From: Acidimicrobiales bacterium
GTDB taxonomy: Bacteria; Actinomycetota; Acidimicrobiia; Acidimicrobiales; Aldehydirespiratoraceae
DNA: 63,726 nt
Assembly (NCBI GenBank): GCA_029263235.1
Contig: JAJCXW010000131.1
Span: forward strand, 1-63,726
Direction of reading: 5' to 3'
Positions 22,729 to 31,817 of the stretch are shown piece after piece. The position numbers were made by a program, and so were the translations under genes. Within the stretch, counting starts at the first letter, position 1, and each line of letters begins with the position of its first letter. Below the pieces are notes generated by a model that saw nothing but the letters and a program-made list of their open reading frames with translations, was not told the origin of the DNA and ran no database searches.

Positions 22729-23289
22729 ATGTCGGGTGCGCCCGCGACCTCGGCGGCCGCGTACCGCGAAGCGTACAGTCGCCTTCTCCATGCCCCGGAT
22801 CACCTGACCTTGGAGAGGTCCGGCCGAGGGTGCCGGGACGCGTTCTCTACCGGTCTGGAAGAGTTGCGCGAGTTTGCCCGTGAACCCGCGCTGGCGAACG
22901 ACATCCAGGTGCGCTTCGCGCTGCTGTTGGCAGAGCGGAAGGCCTGCGGCACAGCCGGCGCAGCGCCGCTGTCAGCGGCGGATCAAGCGGTGCTGGACGC
23001 ACTGATCAAGGCCTGTCGGGATGCGGACGCCGTCGATGAGGGAGAATGGGTGCCTGCTGCCAGCTACCAGCTCAACTCCCTGTGTGAGCATGCCGCCACC
23101 GTGCAGCAGCCAGCGGTGGTGCGGCAGCTTCTCCGCACGGGAGCCTCTGCCCACTATGCGTGGATCCGTGCGGTCTCCTGCTACGACCTCGAGATGCTCC
23201 TGGCGATTGTCGAGGAGATAGAGCAGCGGGAGGCGCCGGGGCCGGCGGAAGCGGTGCGTGGAGAGGAGGCCGTTGCAGCGGGTGCATGA
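22729..23289 (+). CDS. Hypothetical protein (possible single ankyrin-like repeat)
   Basis: ATG-initiated 186-aa ORF with a CCACTTAAGCC box ~35 nt upstream. The segment HAATVQQPAVVRQLLRTGASAHY is ankyrin-like. Confidence 0.45.
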   Translation: MSGAPATSAAAYREAYSRLLHAPDHLTLERSGRGCRDAFSTGLEELREFAREPALANDIQVRFALLLAERKACGTAGAAPLSAADQAVLDALIKACRDADAVDEGEWVPAASYQLNSLCEHAATVQQPAVVRQLLRTGASAHYAWIRAVSCYDLEMLLAIVEEIEQREAPGPAEAVRGEEAVAAGA

Positions 23290-23316
23290 GCCGCGCGGGC
23301 GGGCGGGTGCCGGCGA

Positions 23317-23336
23317 GTAAACCGTACGAAATTTAC
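23317..23336. terminator. Bidirectional GTAAAC...TTTAC element at a convergent junction (22729-23289 / RPB2)
   Basis: GAGTAAACCGTACGAAATTTACAC. GTAAA reads on each strand 28 nt and 16 nt after the respective stops. Confidence 0.45.
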
Positions 23337-23351
23337 ACATGCGCCGCTGTG

Positions 23352-26300
23352 CTAAGCAGCGTCCGTGTGCGCACTCGACCCACTCGCGTTTCCGCCATCC
23401 AGCCGCACGCACGGTTTTATGCCCATGCACTCTAGCTCCTGCATGAGGAGCTTGGCCGAGTAGGGAAGCCGGAGCGAGCGCAGCGAGCCGCTGGTCCGGC
23501 ATCGGCGACACGTCCCACGCCGGTGCAGCACGTCCCAGATTCCAATCAGGCCACACTTTGTGCAAAAATGCGTCCAGTAGACATCGGCCGAGTGCATAAG
23601 CCGCTCCTGTGCGAGGAAGGACGAACCATAGCCGACGAGGCAATCTCGTTCCATCTCGCCCATGCGTAGCCCGCCGCCGGCCGACCGGCCCTTTGGGGCC
23701 TGTCGTGTGATGGGATTCTTGGGCCCGCTGCTGCGTGTGTAGAGCTTTGAGCGGACAAAGTGTGCCAGGCGCTTGTAGTAGACCCAGCCACAGAACAGCT
23801 TGTTTGGCATCTGTCGGCCCGTCATGGGGTCGCAAAAGTAATACTCCCCACTTGGGTGCAGGGGCAGCGCCCTGAGCGTCCCCGCGAGCCAGCTGGCTCG
23901 TCTGCTCACTGGGCCACACGTCTCACAGCGGCGGTCGGTGACCCGGGTGGTGCTGCCGCCGCCGCCAGCGCCGACCGACTGACAGAACGGGCAGGCGGCC
24001 AGGCGGCGCTTGCAGCCTAGCAGCTCGGCGCGCAGCTGGGCGCGCCGAGTGAGCTCGGCCCGGTTCCTTTCCCGGATCCGCTCCTTTAGCTCCTCGATGC
24101 TCAGGCCTTCAAAGGGGGTCGTGTCAACAGCGTCGCCGGTGGCGCAGACATACATGCCTCGCAACATCTCACGCAGCAGCTCGCCGGTCATGCGGCTGGG
24201 CACGCCGTGGGGGTTGAAGATGAGATCGGCCGACAGCTGCAGCACTGGACAGTTCGGCATGTTCTCCTTGGACCACACGGCACCGACGACACCCTTTTGT
24301 GCGTGCTCCGTCGCCAGCTTGTCGCCCGGCTCAGTGTTGCGCAGGCTGCGGAGTTTTATCTTGACGACCTCCTGGCCTGCCTCGTTGGTCGTCCGCAGGA
24401 CGGTGTCAACGATCCCGCCGTCGCCGTCGGGATCTCCGCTGCTCTTCAGAAGATAGCTATAGCAGGCGTCGTGCTCCTTCCCCAGCGCGTCTTTCACCGT
24501 GCGGGTTCGTCCGACCAGCACCGTGCGGACCCCGGGATGCGGAGAGATCCGCGTACCCACCCCGGGAAGGCCGTCCTCGTCGAGGTGATGATAGTCATAG
24601 TGGCGCCGCCCGCCCACCCCCTGGGCCTGGAGCTCTGGATCATTGAGCGCCGCGGCTTTTGTCACCTCGGTGATCGGGTGCCCGATATGCTGACCAGGCT
24701 CGCAGGTGACCGTGATCGTGCGGTAGCTGTCGATTCGGCCTGCGCCCAGTTCGCCGAGGCTCTTGCTGACGATCGTGGCGTCCTCGATGTTTGTCCCCGC
24801 CGCCATGATCACGACAAAGCAGCTCTGGCCGCTGGGCAGCTGGTCGTCTCCGCTGTACTTGGACCACCGTTTGTGCCCAAGCGGCCGCTGGCCGTACTGG
24901 AGCAGCTCGGTAGACTGGTCCATCCGGTACAGCCGGGCCGGATTTGCCACGTTTGGCGCCTGCCGGGCCATGCTGCACTGGTAGGCGTTGCGCGGGCTGG
25001 GACTGTGCTCAGGGCCCGGTGCGTGGGCTCCGATCACGCTCATCATCCCGCTGCCCGGAAGATCCAGATGGGTGCGGCGACCGTCAAGCCCTGCAGCGCG
25101 CAGCGCCGTCACCACGTCTTCCTGCTCGTCGCCGTCGACCATCTCCACCGCGCCGGCGTCCAGCAGGGCGGCCCATCGCTGCCGAGCTGCCTCGTGTTGG
25201 GTGTTGACGTAGCGCATGCAGGCGGCCTGCGCAGCCGTGCCGGCCGCAATCGCGTCAGTGCAGCGCTGAAAGACAGCACGCTGCTGGCTGGCACCGTCTG
25301 CCGCCGGGATGTCCAGATCGTCAGCGATGATCATCGGTCGCATCATGCGACCGGCGTCGCTGCGCACCTGCAGCTGCAACAGGTCCGCCCGCCAACAAAC
25401 GCTGATGTCGCGCATGGCCTCAATCTCGAGCGCGCCGAGGGCAGTCTCGGCCAGCGTGCCGCTGCGCCGCTGGTGGCGAAGACGCGTCGCCAGGACGACC
25501 CCGTCCGCGGCGGCAAACAGCGCCACCGGGCAGCCATTCAGCAGCAGCGTGGCGGTAAGATGGCCGGCGCGGAACACGCCGTCGCCGTCGCCGTTGTCGT
25601 CGTCGTCGCCGCCGCCGCGGCGAACCCGGCACCGGCCGTGGCCCGTGGCGGCCTGATGGTGCTGGCACCGACCGGTGGCGGCCTCGGCCAGCATGGCGTC
25701 CTCGGGTGCCACCGTGCACACTCTGCCACCCACGGTGGCGGCGGTGGTGGCCGCGGCCAGCGTCGTCTCTCCGCAGGCGCCGCCCGTGGTACAAGCACAG
25801 ACACAGACGCCGCTGACCTCGTGGCTGTCATGGGGGTCAGGGACACCGGCCGCAAGGCAGGCCGTAAGCAGGTCGGTGCACGCCGGGTGCCCTGAGATCC
25901 GGCAAACGCCCGAGAGGCTGGTCGTCTTTCCGATCATATCGCCCTCGGGAGTGTTGTTTGGGCAGACCAGGCCGTACGTGGCCCCGTTGAGCATGCGCTC
26001 CATCACCGAGCTGTTGCCCCCGTGGCCGCTGGACCCGACGTGGACGCGTTGTAGCTGCGCGACGTGGCTGAGCAGCGTCTTGCGGTCGACCGGCTCCGTG
26101 ACCCCCGTGCGCACATGTCCGCCGCCGACCCGCTTCTTCCAGTTTCCCGTCTTGAGGGCAAGCACCAGCCCGTTTGTCTGCTGCTTGCCGTCGAGCAGGT
26201 CGAACAGGGGCAGCGCATTCAGCGCCGCCAGGACGCGGTCGACCGCCTGGCCGCTGCTAAGACCGTCGCTCTTTGCCGCCGACTTGCGCGTGGCGGCCAC

Positions 26301-27722
26301 GGTCTTGCCAAGGTGGACGAGCAGGCGCTTGCTTAGATTGCCCATAAACTGCTCGTGTTGCTTGCGAAAAAGCTGGCCCAGCAGCTCGCCAGACATTAGC
26401 AGCCGTCGCGATCCGGGATGGTCGCGACTGGTCTCCAGCGTGCCGCCGGGCGCCAGCGTGGCCAGCAGGGCAAGCCGGGCCACGTGGCAGACAAAGTGCA
26501 GCTTGCGCCGCTGGGCCCGCTCGTCCACCTCGGTTGAGATGTGCGGCAGCAGACGGTGGCGCACGTGGGACTGCCCGCTGCGCAGGTACTCTGAGGTGCG
26601 CTGGGCAAACGACCCGAGCACCCGCTTGCCAATCTCACAGATGGCCGCCTCCTGGCTCGTCAGCGCCTCGCCGCCGACCCCGTCGGCCAGACTGGGCTCC
26701 AGCAGCGCCAGCAGCTGCTCGGACGACACGCTGTTCAGCCGAAACGCGTCGGCGTCGTGGCCAGAGGCACTGTCTGGCACCGGCAGCTCCGACGCGGCAC
26801 CGACGCCACCGTGTCCGAGGAGCACCAGGCGGCGCAGATGGTCCATATCCTGACAGCCCAGCGCCCGACAGAGAACAACGACGGGCAGGAGCGCCTTGGC
26901 ACTTGCCTTGCTGGTGGCCGTGCCGGCCTTCTTGCCAGACGCCAGGCCAGCAAGCCGGACTACCAGACGGCCGCTCTGCGCCTCCACGAGCAGCTCAAAC
27001 TGCTCGTGGGCTGCCAGCGGGTCTGCGCCGGCGCCGGCCACGGAGCGGATGGCCGCGATGACGCGGTAGCGTCGGCGGTCGCGCTCCTTTGGGCGGCCGA
27101 CCCGCAGCTGGCAGACGGGGTGCTCGGCCCGAAGACAGACCATGCGCTCGCTGCCATCGACGATAAAGTAGCCACCCTGGTCATGGGCACACTCGCGGTA
27201 CGTGTCGGTCGCCAGCTCAGTGCCGACCGTACCCGTCAGATAGCAACGGTCCGAGCCAATCAGGATGGGCAGGCGGACCCACTTGTGGTCTTTTAGGCAG
27301 CGCTCGTGGACCAGCACGCCGCTGCCAATGCGTTCGCTGCCCTGCGCGTACACGCGAAAGTAACAGTCGACCGTAATGGTGCCAGAATAGCTCAGATCGC
27401 GCAGGCGGGCCTCGTCTGGGTAGATGTCCCGTTCGCTGGCGTCCTTTTCTACCCGCGTCGGGAAGAAGATCTTCACATTCGTAATCTCAATCTCGTAGTG
27501 GCGCCAGTGCTCAGGCGCCAGCTCGTGTGTGTCGTCCGTGCCGACCCGCACGGAGCAGTTTCCTGCCACAATCTGCGCAATCTGGCCACTGCGGGTCTTT
27601 CCGTCTGCCCCGAAGAGCAGCTGGTTGAAGGACCGCAGGCGATCGCACGAGAACGATTTGGCCGCCTGAAAGGCGTCCATGACCTCCCATTGTAGCGCCC
27701 TCCACTCTTCCGGGGTGGTCAT
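23352..27722 (-). CDS. RPB2: DNA-directed RNA polymerase II second-largest subunit (RPB2-like)
   Basis: CPNNTPEGDMIG; SDAGRMMRPMII; GDKLATEHAQKGVVG; NPHGVPSRMT; GGLRMGEMERDCLVGYG; C-terminal zinc ribbon CTKCG...CRRC. Start is trimmed to ATG 27722 (MTTPEEWRAL...). Confidence 0.95.
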   Translation of the reverse strand: MTTPEEWRALQWEVMDAFQAAKSFSCDRLRSFNQLLFGADGKTRSGQIAQIVAGNCSVRVGTDDTHELAPEHWRHYEIEITNVKIFFPTRVEKDASERDIYPDEARLRDLSYSGTITVDCYFRVYAQGSERIGSGVLVHERCLKDHKWVRLPILIGSDRCYLTGTVGTELATDTYRECAHDQGGYFIVDGSERMVCLRAEHPVCQLRVGRPKERDRRRYRVIAAIRSVAGAGADPLAAHEQFELLVEAQSGRLVVRLAGLASGKKAGTATSKASAKALLPVVVLCRALGCQDMDHLRRLVLLGHGGVGAASELPVPDSASGHDADAFRLNSVSSEQLLALLEPSLADGVGGEALTSQEAAICEIGKRVLGSFAQRTSEYLRSGQSHVRHRLLPHISTEVDERAQRRKLHFVCHVARLALLATLAPGGTLETSRDHPGSRRLLMSGELLGQLFRKQHEQFMGNLSKRLLVHLGKTVAATRKSAAKSDGLSSGQAVDRVLAALNALPLFDLLDGKQQTNGLVLALKTGNWKKRVGGGHVRTGVTEPVDRKTLLSHVAQLQRVHVGSSGHGGNSSVMERMLNGATYGLVCPNNTPEGDMIGKTTSLSGVCRISGHPACTDLLTACLAAGVPDPHDSHEVSGVCVCACTTGGACGETTLAAATTAATVGGRVCTVAPEDAMLAEAATGRCQHHQAATGHGRCRVRRGGGDDDDNGDGDGVFRAGHLTATLLLNGCPVALFAAADGVVLATRLRHQRRSGTLAETALGALEIEAMRDISVCWRADLLQLQVRSDAGRMMRPMIIADDLDIPAADGASQQRAVFQRCTDAIAAGTAAQAACMRYVNTQHEAARQRWAALLDAGAVEMVDGDEQEDVVTALRAAGLDGRRTHLDLPGSGMMSVIGAHAPGPEHSPSPRNAYQCSMARQAPNVANPARLYRMDQSTELLQYGQRPLGHKRWSKYSGDDQLPSGQSCFVVIMAAGTNIEDATIVSKSLGELGAGRIDSYRTITVTCEPGQHIGHPITEVTKAAALNDPELQAQGVGGRRHYDYHHLDEDGLPGVGTRISPHPGVRTVLVGRTRTVKDALGKEHDACYSYLLKSSGDPDGDGGIVDTVLRTTNEAGQEVVKIKLRSLRNTEPGDKLATEHAQKGVVGAVWSKENMPNCPVLQLSADLIFNPHGVPSRMTGELLREMLRGMYVCATGDAVDTTPFEGLSIEELKERIRERNRAELTRRAQLRAELLGCKRRLAACPFCQSVGAGGGGSTTRVTDRRCETCGPVSRRASWLAGTLRALPLHPSGEYYFCDPMTGRQMPNKLFCGWVYYKRLAHFVRSKLYTRSSGPKNPITRQAPKGRSAGGGLRMGEMERDCLVGYGSSFLAQERLMHSADVYWTHFCTKCGLIGIWDVLHRRGTCRRCRTSGSLRSLRLPYSAKLLMQELECMGIKPCVRLDGGNASGSSAHTDAA

Positions 27723-27811
27723 CGAGGCGGCACGAGGGCGGGCGGGCGGGCGGGCGCTGCCTTTTGAGGCCAGCGGCTGCGCATGCGGACGCGGGCACGG
27801 CATCCGATTCT

Positions 27812-28075
27812 TTACCGTGGTTCTTTCTCCGCCGCCGCCGCCTCCTCTGCCTCGCGGCGGGCCATACACGTGGGCTCGCGCATGCCGGGAAACCACTGAT
27901 AGCGCTCGTGGCAGCTGGGGCACTTGGGCCCGTAGAGGGGGGTCATCACAAAGCGCTCGATGCGGTTCGGCTCGCGGGCGACCTTGAGCGCAAAGGGTAC
28001 GTTGGCTGCAAGTGTCACGCCAAACAGCCCTGCAAGCACGGGCTCGCGTCGGTACCACGGCCGCGCGGTCGCCAT
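27812..28075 (-). CDS. Small predicted membrane protein with CxxC motif
   Basis: ATG 28075 (MATARPWY...), one hydrophobic helix and CPSCHERY. A CTATAAAACC box lies ~60 nt upstream. Confidence 0.4.
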   Translation of the reverse strand: MATARPWYRREPVLAGLFGVTLAANVPFALKVAREPNRIERFVMTPLYGPKCPSCHERYQWFPGMREPTCMARREAEEAAAAEKEPR

Positions 28076-28130
28076 CGTCGTCGGCACAGAGTGCAACGGG
28101 ACAGCGGTAACTGGACCGAGGACGGTGCTA

Positions 28131-28143
28131 GGTTTTATAGACG
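28131..28143 (-). promoter_or_regulatory. CTATAAAACC core box for small gene 27812-28075
   Basis: Minus-strand CGTCTATAAAACC lies ~60 nt upstream of ATG 28075. Confidence 0.35.
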
Positions 28144-28167
28144 CGGTTTGTTTACCCCACCTGCACG

Positions 28168-31100
28168 CTACCCGCTGCTGAACCGACCCAGTAGCGCGAG
28201 TCGCTCGTCCAGTCGGCTCCTGTCCAGTGTCCAGGCACGCCGAACCGTGCGCACCGCCAGATACCGGGGCAGGTCTCGCGCCAGGGCCGTTCGGGCCACG
28301 TTCAGCCTCCCGGTGATCGGGGCCAGTCGGCGGCTGGCGTCGTTCAGCCGCACCCGGAGCGCCTCAATCTCCGCCTCAATTGCAACGACGCTGGTGGGCA
28401 GGCGCCGCTTGGAGCGGGGAATGTCCCGGGCCGCTCCGGTCAGTGTCTCCCCCAGCGCGGCCGTCTGCGCCGTCAGCTCGGTGGTCTTTTGCTCCTCGAG
28501 CTCCTTCATCTTCGTCTCCAGCGGCCGCATCTCTGCCAGGATCGGCTGCATCGCCCGGTCGGCCTGCATCTCCCGCGACCGCTGCTCGGAAACCGTGCGT
28601 CCAAACTCCCGCTCCAGGTCCAGCAGGGCACCCATCGTGAGGGGGCCGCTGCTAAGCGTGGCCCCGGTCGGCAGCTCTACGCTGCGCGGCGCGCTGCGTG
28701 CCTCCGTGTCCGTGACGATCAGCTGCGCGGCGGCACTGCTGACCCGCGGACCGGTGAGCCACCGGCCAACCGCCACATCCAAGACCGAGCGCCCTGCTGC
28801 CGGGGCGACGACGTCGCCGTCGCCGTCGCGGATAAACGCAAGGAGCGGCCCGACGACGTCGTCGTTGCCAAGTGTCGGCAGTGCATCCGCAGGTGCGGTG
28901 CGGTCGACCTCTAGGCTTTTCAGGGCAACCGCCAGCGCCACGATGGTGACCGCCGTCGGTGTCGGTTGCGTCAGCAGCGTGCTCACTACGCCGCGGACGG
29001 CGGTTGCCCGGCTTGCCGCGTTCAGTCCTCGCTTCTCCAGGCGCAGCAGCCGATCCAGGTGGCCCAGTGGGGTGTTTGGCACCGTTCGCGCCGCGACTAC
29101 GGCCGCGTAGGCAATCCACGCCTGGCTGGCCGGAAGCGTCGGACTTGGCACAAAGGGGTTGGGTCGAGCATACCACCCGTGCCCGACGGCGGCGGCAGCG
29201 TCCGTCCGAAGCATGGAGAGCAGCGGCTGGCGCAGCGTGCTGTTAAACATCCGATCGGTCTTGGCCATCTCGTCCAGGGCACGCTGTGCAATCGCAGACC
29301 CCTCCACGGCGTCCGCCCGTCCCATCAGCCGCCACATCATCTGCATCCGCACGGCCGGGGCCACCGGGCCGTGCGCAGTGCCCCACCCGAGCAGGAGCAG
29401 CAGTACGGCCTCCTCCGAGCCGTGCTCGGCCACCTCCAGCGCCGTCGCCGTGTCCAGTGCGACCAGCCGCAGGTTGCCGCCGGTCGGCCGCGCAGCAAGC
29501 AGCACCCTTAGCAGCTCCAAGGCCTGCCGGGTGTCGCCACCGGTGGTCCCGCCGGTGGCGGGAACCGCGTCCAGGTAGCGGCGAATGGCCCGGCGCAGAA
29601 AGTCGGGGCCGTTGGCAGCAAGCGGGGCCGCCGTCGGATTGGCCCGCAGGGAGGGGTAGTCGAGGAGACGCTGTGTGTTCAGCACGCGCAGTGCCAGCAG
29701 GCTCTCGTGGTAGTCCTTGCCGGCGGCGCGTGCCTCGCGCCCAAAGCCCAGCCGTCGGGTCTGTTTCAGCCGCTGGCTGTTCTTTGCCATCGCGTTGAGC
29801 CCCTCGTTACGCAGGAGCTTCCAGGTCTCGTCCTCGCGCAGCGTCCGAGCCACGTTGAACCGAGAAGCACCCGCGTTCTGGTGCAGCAGGTGCGACAGCA
29901 GGATCGAGCGTCCTGTCCAGAGCTGCCGACCGGCCCGGTTGCTCAGGCGGGTCAGCTCCCGGTCGAGCACCAGCAGGACCCCGACAAAGGAGCCGCGGGC
30001 CCCGGTCAGCTCCCGGTCCATCGTCACCGCCCCTTCGCCGACGGGCTGCTGTAGCACCACCCGGTCCTTTGAGGCCATCTGCTCGTCGGTGCGCCCGAGC
30101 GCAGTGCCGCGGCTGTGCTCCTCAAGCAGCGCCTTCCACATGGCCGCCATCTCCCGGCCGTACACTCGGGCGATTTGCTGTGCCAGCAGTGCCCCGGGGT
30201 TGGCGGCGCCGCCGCGCGACTGCAGCAGCTGCCGGCGTCGCTGCCGGCTCATCCGCTGCCAGACCGCGGCGTCGGTGGCGGCCCGACGGGCCTCGCCCGG
30301 AAGCGTGGCCATGCAGAGCAAAAGCGCGGGACTGAGCGCAGCGCCGTGCGCCCCGCGAATCGCCGCGGCGAGCGCGGCCCACGTCGGCGGCCCGTCGGGC
30401 AGATACGCGTCCGCGGCCGCAGTCGGGGCGGCGGTGGCGGCGGCGCAGACAAAGCGATGTGCGGTGCCGCTCCAGACTCCATAGGGGTCGCTCAGCACGG
30501 CCGTGTGCGCTGTCGCGTCCGCCCCGCCGGTCCAGTCTGCGTGCTGGCAGCCGGCAGAGCAGTAGTAGGCCAGGCAGCAGGCAGCGCATCGATGCTGCGG
30601 TGCCGGCGCACCGCAGGCCGCGCAGGCCAGATTGTAGCCGTGCTGCTGGGCGACGGCCAGACGACGCGGTCGCTTTGGGTCGGGGCCGCCGGTGGGGTCG
30701 TCTGGCCCGCCGCCGCGCCGCCGCTTCTGTGCCTCTGCCGCCTCGGCGGCCTTGCGAGCCTCGCGGTCCGCCTTGCGTTTGCGAAGACGCACGAGGGTTT
30801 CGTCCGCGGGCTCGCCAAAGAGGCGGGGAACCTCCGGCAGCAGCTGCAGGGTGCAGTTGCGCAGCTCGGCGGCCAGCGACCGCTCCAGGTTCCGCCGCAC
30901 CACGCCGTCTGCCGGGATGGCCGCAAGCAAGAGCTTCGAGCGGGGGTCGGTCTCGGCCAGGTCGAAGCGCAGCGCGCTGCTTCCGCTGGCCTGCAGGCCT
31001 GCCCGGAGCGCAGCGTCCAGCTCTGGCAGGAGCTGCTCGGCCGCAAGCCGCTGACCGAGTGCCAGCGTCGCCTGCAGCCGCTCGATGACAGGCACCGCGG

Positions 31101-31617
31101 CCTCGCCAGCGGCCGCCGGCACGCTGCCGCCGGCCGCGGCAGCCGCGGCCGCGGCCGCCGGCGTTAGCCGGGTGGCCAGGTGGCGCAGCGCTGCGGCTGT
31201 GACTCCTGCCGGCGCCGTCAGACGCAAGACCCGGCCCGCCGGGCTCCAGGGCATGGGAAACACGCGGACCTCCTCCTCGTCGCCGCCGCCGCCGCCGTGT
31301 GCTCCGTCTACCTCTAGTACCACCCCCTGCTGCTCAAGCTGCTCCAGCAGGGCAGGCATGCCCTGCAGGCTGCGCAGCGGCACCGACACGGATTCGGTGA
31401 CAGCGGCGCCGCCGGCGATGTCTACCCGGACCGCGATGGAGAATGTGCGCAGACGCTCTCGGTTGCTCAGGGTCTGCAGCAGGAGCTCGCGCTGCGCGTC
31501 GCCTCGATACAGCTCTGCCACCTCGGGCAGGTCTTCGCCCGGGCCAACGTCCGTCATTGCCGCGGGGTCGGCCGCTGGCAGCGACGCCGAGGGGGCGCCC
31601 GCCGCTGCAGCAGCCAT
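28168..31617 (-). CDS. Large MYND zinc-finger protein (1149 aa)
   Basis: The MYND-like CAACGAPAPQHRCAACCLAYYCSAGCQHADW...H..C sits mid-protein, and the C-terminus is coiled coil. Start is trimmed to ATG 31617 (MAAAAAGAPS...). Confidence 0.65.
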   Translation of the reverse strand: MAAAAAGAPSASLPAADPAAMTDVGPGEDLPEVAELYRGDAQRELLLQTLSNRERLRTFSIAVRVDIAGGAAVTESVSVPLRSLQGMPALLEQLEQQGVVLEVDGAHGGGGGDEEEVRVFPMPWSPAGRVLRLTAPAGVTAAALRHLATRLTPAAAAAAAAAGGSVPAAAGEAAVPVIERLQATLALGQRLAAEQLLPELDAALRAGLQASGSSALRFDLAETDPRSKLLLAAIPADGVVRRNLERSLAAELRNCTLQLLPEVPRLFGEPADETLVRLRKRKADREARKAAEAAEAQKRRRGGGPDDPTGGPDPKRPRRLAVAQQHGYNLACAACGAPAPQHRCAACCLAYYCSAGCQHADWTGGADATAHTAVLSDPYGVWSGTAHRFVCAAATAAPTAAADAYLPDGPPTWAALAAAIRGAHGAALSPALLLCMATLPGEARRAATDAAVWQRMSRQRRRQLLQSRGGAANPGALLAQQIARVYGREMAAMWKALLEEHSRGTALGRTDEQMASKDRVVLQQPVGEGAVTMDRELTGARGSFVGVLLVLDRELTRLSNRAGRQLWTGRSILLSHLLHQNAGASRFNVARTLREDETWKLLRNEGLNAMAKNSQRLKQTRRLGFGREARAAGKDYHESLLALRVLNTQRLLDYPSLRANPTAAPLAANGPDFLRRAIRRYLDAVPATGGTTGGDTRQALELLRVLLAARPTGGNLRLVALDTATALEVAEHGSEEAVLLLLLGWGTAHGPVAPAVRMQMMWRLMGRADAVEGSAIAQRALDEMAKTDRMFNSTLRQPLLSMLRTDAAAAVGHGWYARPNPFVPSPTLPASQAWIAYAAVVAARTVPNTPLGHLDRLLRLEKRGLNAASRATAVRGVVSTLLTQPTPTAVTIVALAVALKSLEVDRTAPADALPTLGNDDVVGPLLAFIRDGDGDVVAPAAGRSVLDVAVGRWLTGPRVSSAAAQLIVTDTEARSAPRSVELPTGATLSSGPLTMGALLDLEREFGRTVSEQRSREMQADRAMQPILAEMRPLETKMKELEEQKTTELTAQTAALGETLTGAARDIPRSKRRLPTSVVAIEAEIEALRVRLNDASRRLAPITGRLNVARTALARDLPRYLAVRTVRRAWTLDRSRLDERLALLGRFSSG

Positions 31618-31817
31618 CGACGCAACCCGCCGAGTGTCTCGGGTGGCGGGCCATAGAGGAAATACGGACCGCCGATACTTTTTGCGGAAACACCGGCAGG
31701 CCGGAGCGAGCACGCCGTCGCGCGTGCCGACCCCGCCGGCACTGCCTATCTTTCTGCCAGACAGAAGACAGAATTCTGACGGTACAAAGAGCCGACCGGG
31801 CGGGGCGGTAAAGCGGT

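Noticed and set aside
25578-25808. An intein or retained intron in the RPB2 insertion.
   Set aside because: It is too short (~77 aa). It lacks intein N- and C-terminal blocks (no terminal HN or Cys/Ser/Thr arrangement), and the boundaries are not GT..AG. A low-complexity lineage-specific insertion is the simpler reading.
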